Source of the DNA: Camelus dromedarius
Taxonomy: Eukaryota
DNA length: 64,000 nucleotides
NCBI RefSeq assembly: GCF_036321535.1
Contig: NC_087439.1
Coordinates: 65,472,001-65,536,000 of the forward strand
Direction of reading: 5' to 3'
Shown here: piece after piece, positions 63,170 to 64,000 of the stretch
How the letters are laid out: every line of letters begins with the position of its first letter
How positions within the stretch are numbered: the first letter of the stretch is position 1
Notes under the pieces: model-generated
What the model was told of the DNA's origin: nothing
Databases searched by the model: none
What the model saw: the letters and a program-made list of their open reading frames with translations, nothing else
Program-made: the position numbers and the translations under genes

Positions 63170-63800
63170 CTACAAGAACAGGCGATGAGGGTCATGTTTT
63201 GGGGGGCCACCAGTTGTAGTGACACACATATCCAGATGCAGTACCATCTTTAGGACAGAGCGCCTTCCTGGCAGCATGTCACCCTGAACCACAACGCTGG
63301 AGTTGCCTCCATCTTTGCCTGCTGGACTCTCAACTTGATGAATGTGCTCATGAATATATACTTGTAACCTCCGAGTTGGTCAAGGATGACTCTTTAATTA
63401 TTAGCTGCATGGCTAGATGTACCAGAGCCCAGCAACCTAGGAGATAACTGCCCAGTAAGGATGCTCTGTGTTGTACAGTGATTAAAGAATCTATTCTGAT
63501 CCTGTTTCTTGGGCCATTTTGAGTTCTAGAGAGGGCAGTAGAAGTAAGAACTGAAAGTATAAGCACAAGTTATTGAGGGGGAAACTGACAAGGACCTGGT
63601 TTATAAGTAAGGTAGAGTCACTACAGCAGGGAGATGGGACAGCTGGCTTCTGAGGGGATGATGAGATGCTCATATTGCTGGTACTTCTTTTGGTTCATAT
63701 AAGTTTTGATTGTATCTTGAATGGTTACCACTGGTCTTCCAATTCTCTGTAGGCATTTCTGACATTCAGGTAATAACTCTCTATCAGGTGACCTTGGTAT
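63170..63800 (-). mobile_element. Probable ancient LTR followed by a PBS-like start of internal sequence
   Basis: Minus strand has ATTAAA at about 63390, a U5-like end ...GTGTGTCACTACA (63215), then ACTGGTGGCCC. Upstream boundary is uncertain. Confidence 0.35.
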
Positions 63801-64000
63801 ACCCTGTTCCTTGTAAGGTAAAAAAATCTTAATACAAAGTTTATGCAATGATAAAAATGAAAGAAGTAAATCAATGCTACTGTATCTTATTATATAGCAC
63901 ACACTCTAACAGCATACTATTCACACCATACTATTAACATTTAGCTTTATGCTGTTTCTAATGGTGTATAATTCCAATGATTGTATGTTTTTGCCAAAAT

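Noticed and set aside
63621-63902. Minus-strand ORF or terminal exon (EQGIPRSPDRELLPECQKCL... or NRVYQGHLIESYYLNVRNAYRELEDQW*)
   Set aside because: Neither frame matches a protein I recognise, and the block is better explained as an old LTR. A blastx search would settle it.
1-64000. Prokaryotic systems (operons, CRISPR arrays, rRNA/tRNA genes, defence islands)
   Set aside because: No long ORFs, no spaced direct-repeat array and no rRNA. tRNA-like A/B boxes occur only inside SINEs. The repeat content is mammalian.

Overview
This window is AT-rich mammalian (eutherian) genomic DNA, very likely from a camelid. It carries three copies of a tRNA-derived SINE that I recognise as the camelid vic-1 type, plus young L1 3' tails. 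I saw no ruminant or pig SINEs. It is not prokaryotic: there are no operons, rRNA genes, true tRNA genes or CRISPR arrays. It reads as intronic or intergenic sequence, and a large share is decayed interspersed repeats: MIR, L2, old L1, MaLR/ERVL LTRs, MER5/MER58, a nearly full-length Tigger1 and an ancient RTE-clade reverse-transcriptase fragment. Six N-runs are assembly gaps. I could not recognise any protein-coding gene, and the ORF-track ORFs are explained by chance, by N-gaps or by transposon remnants. The best leads are: (i) a two-exon, minimal-intron structure at 6.1-6.3 kb encoding an unidentified signal-peptide-like leader, with speculative downstream micro-exons; (ii) a template-switch-type 21-bp perfect hairpin at 40.2 kb with pre-miRNA-like geometry; (iii) an old local duplication at 26.2/28.2 kb next to a strong CTCF motif; (iv) the RTE/L4 RT fossil. 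Repeat family names and most repeat boundaries were assigned by eye from remembered consensus sequences and are approximate.
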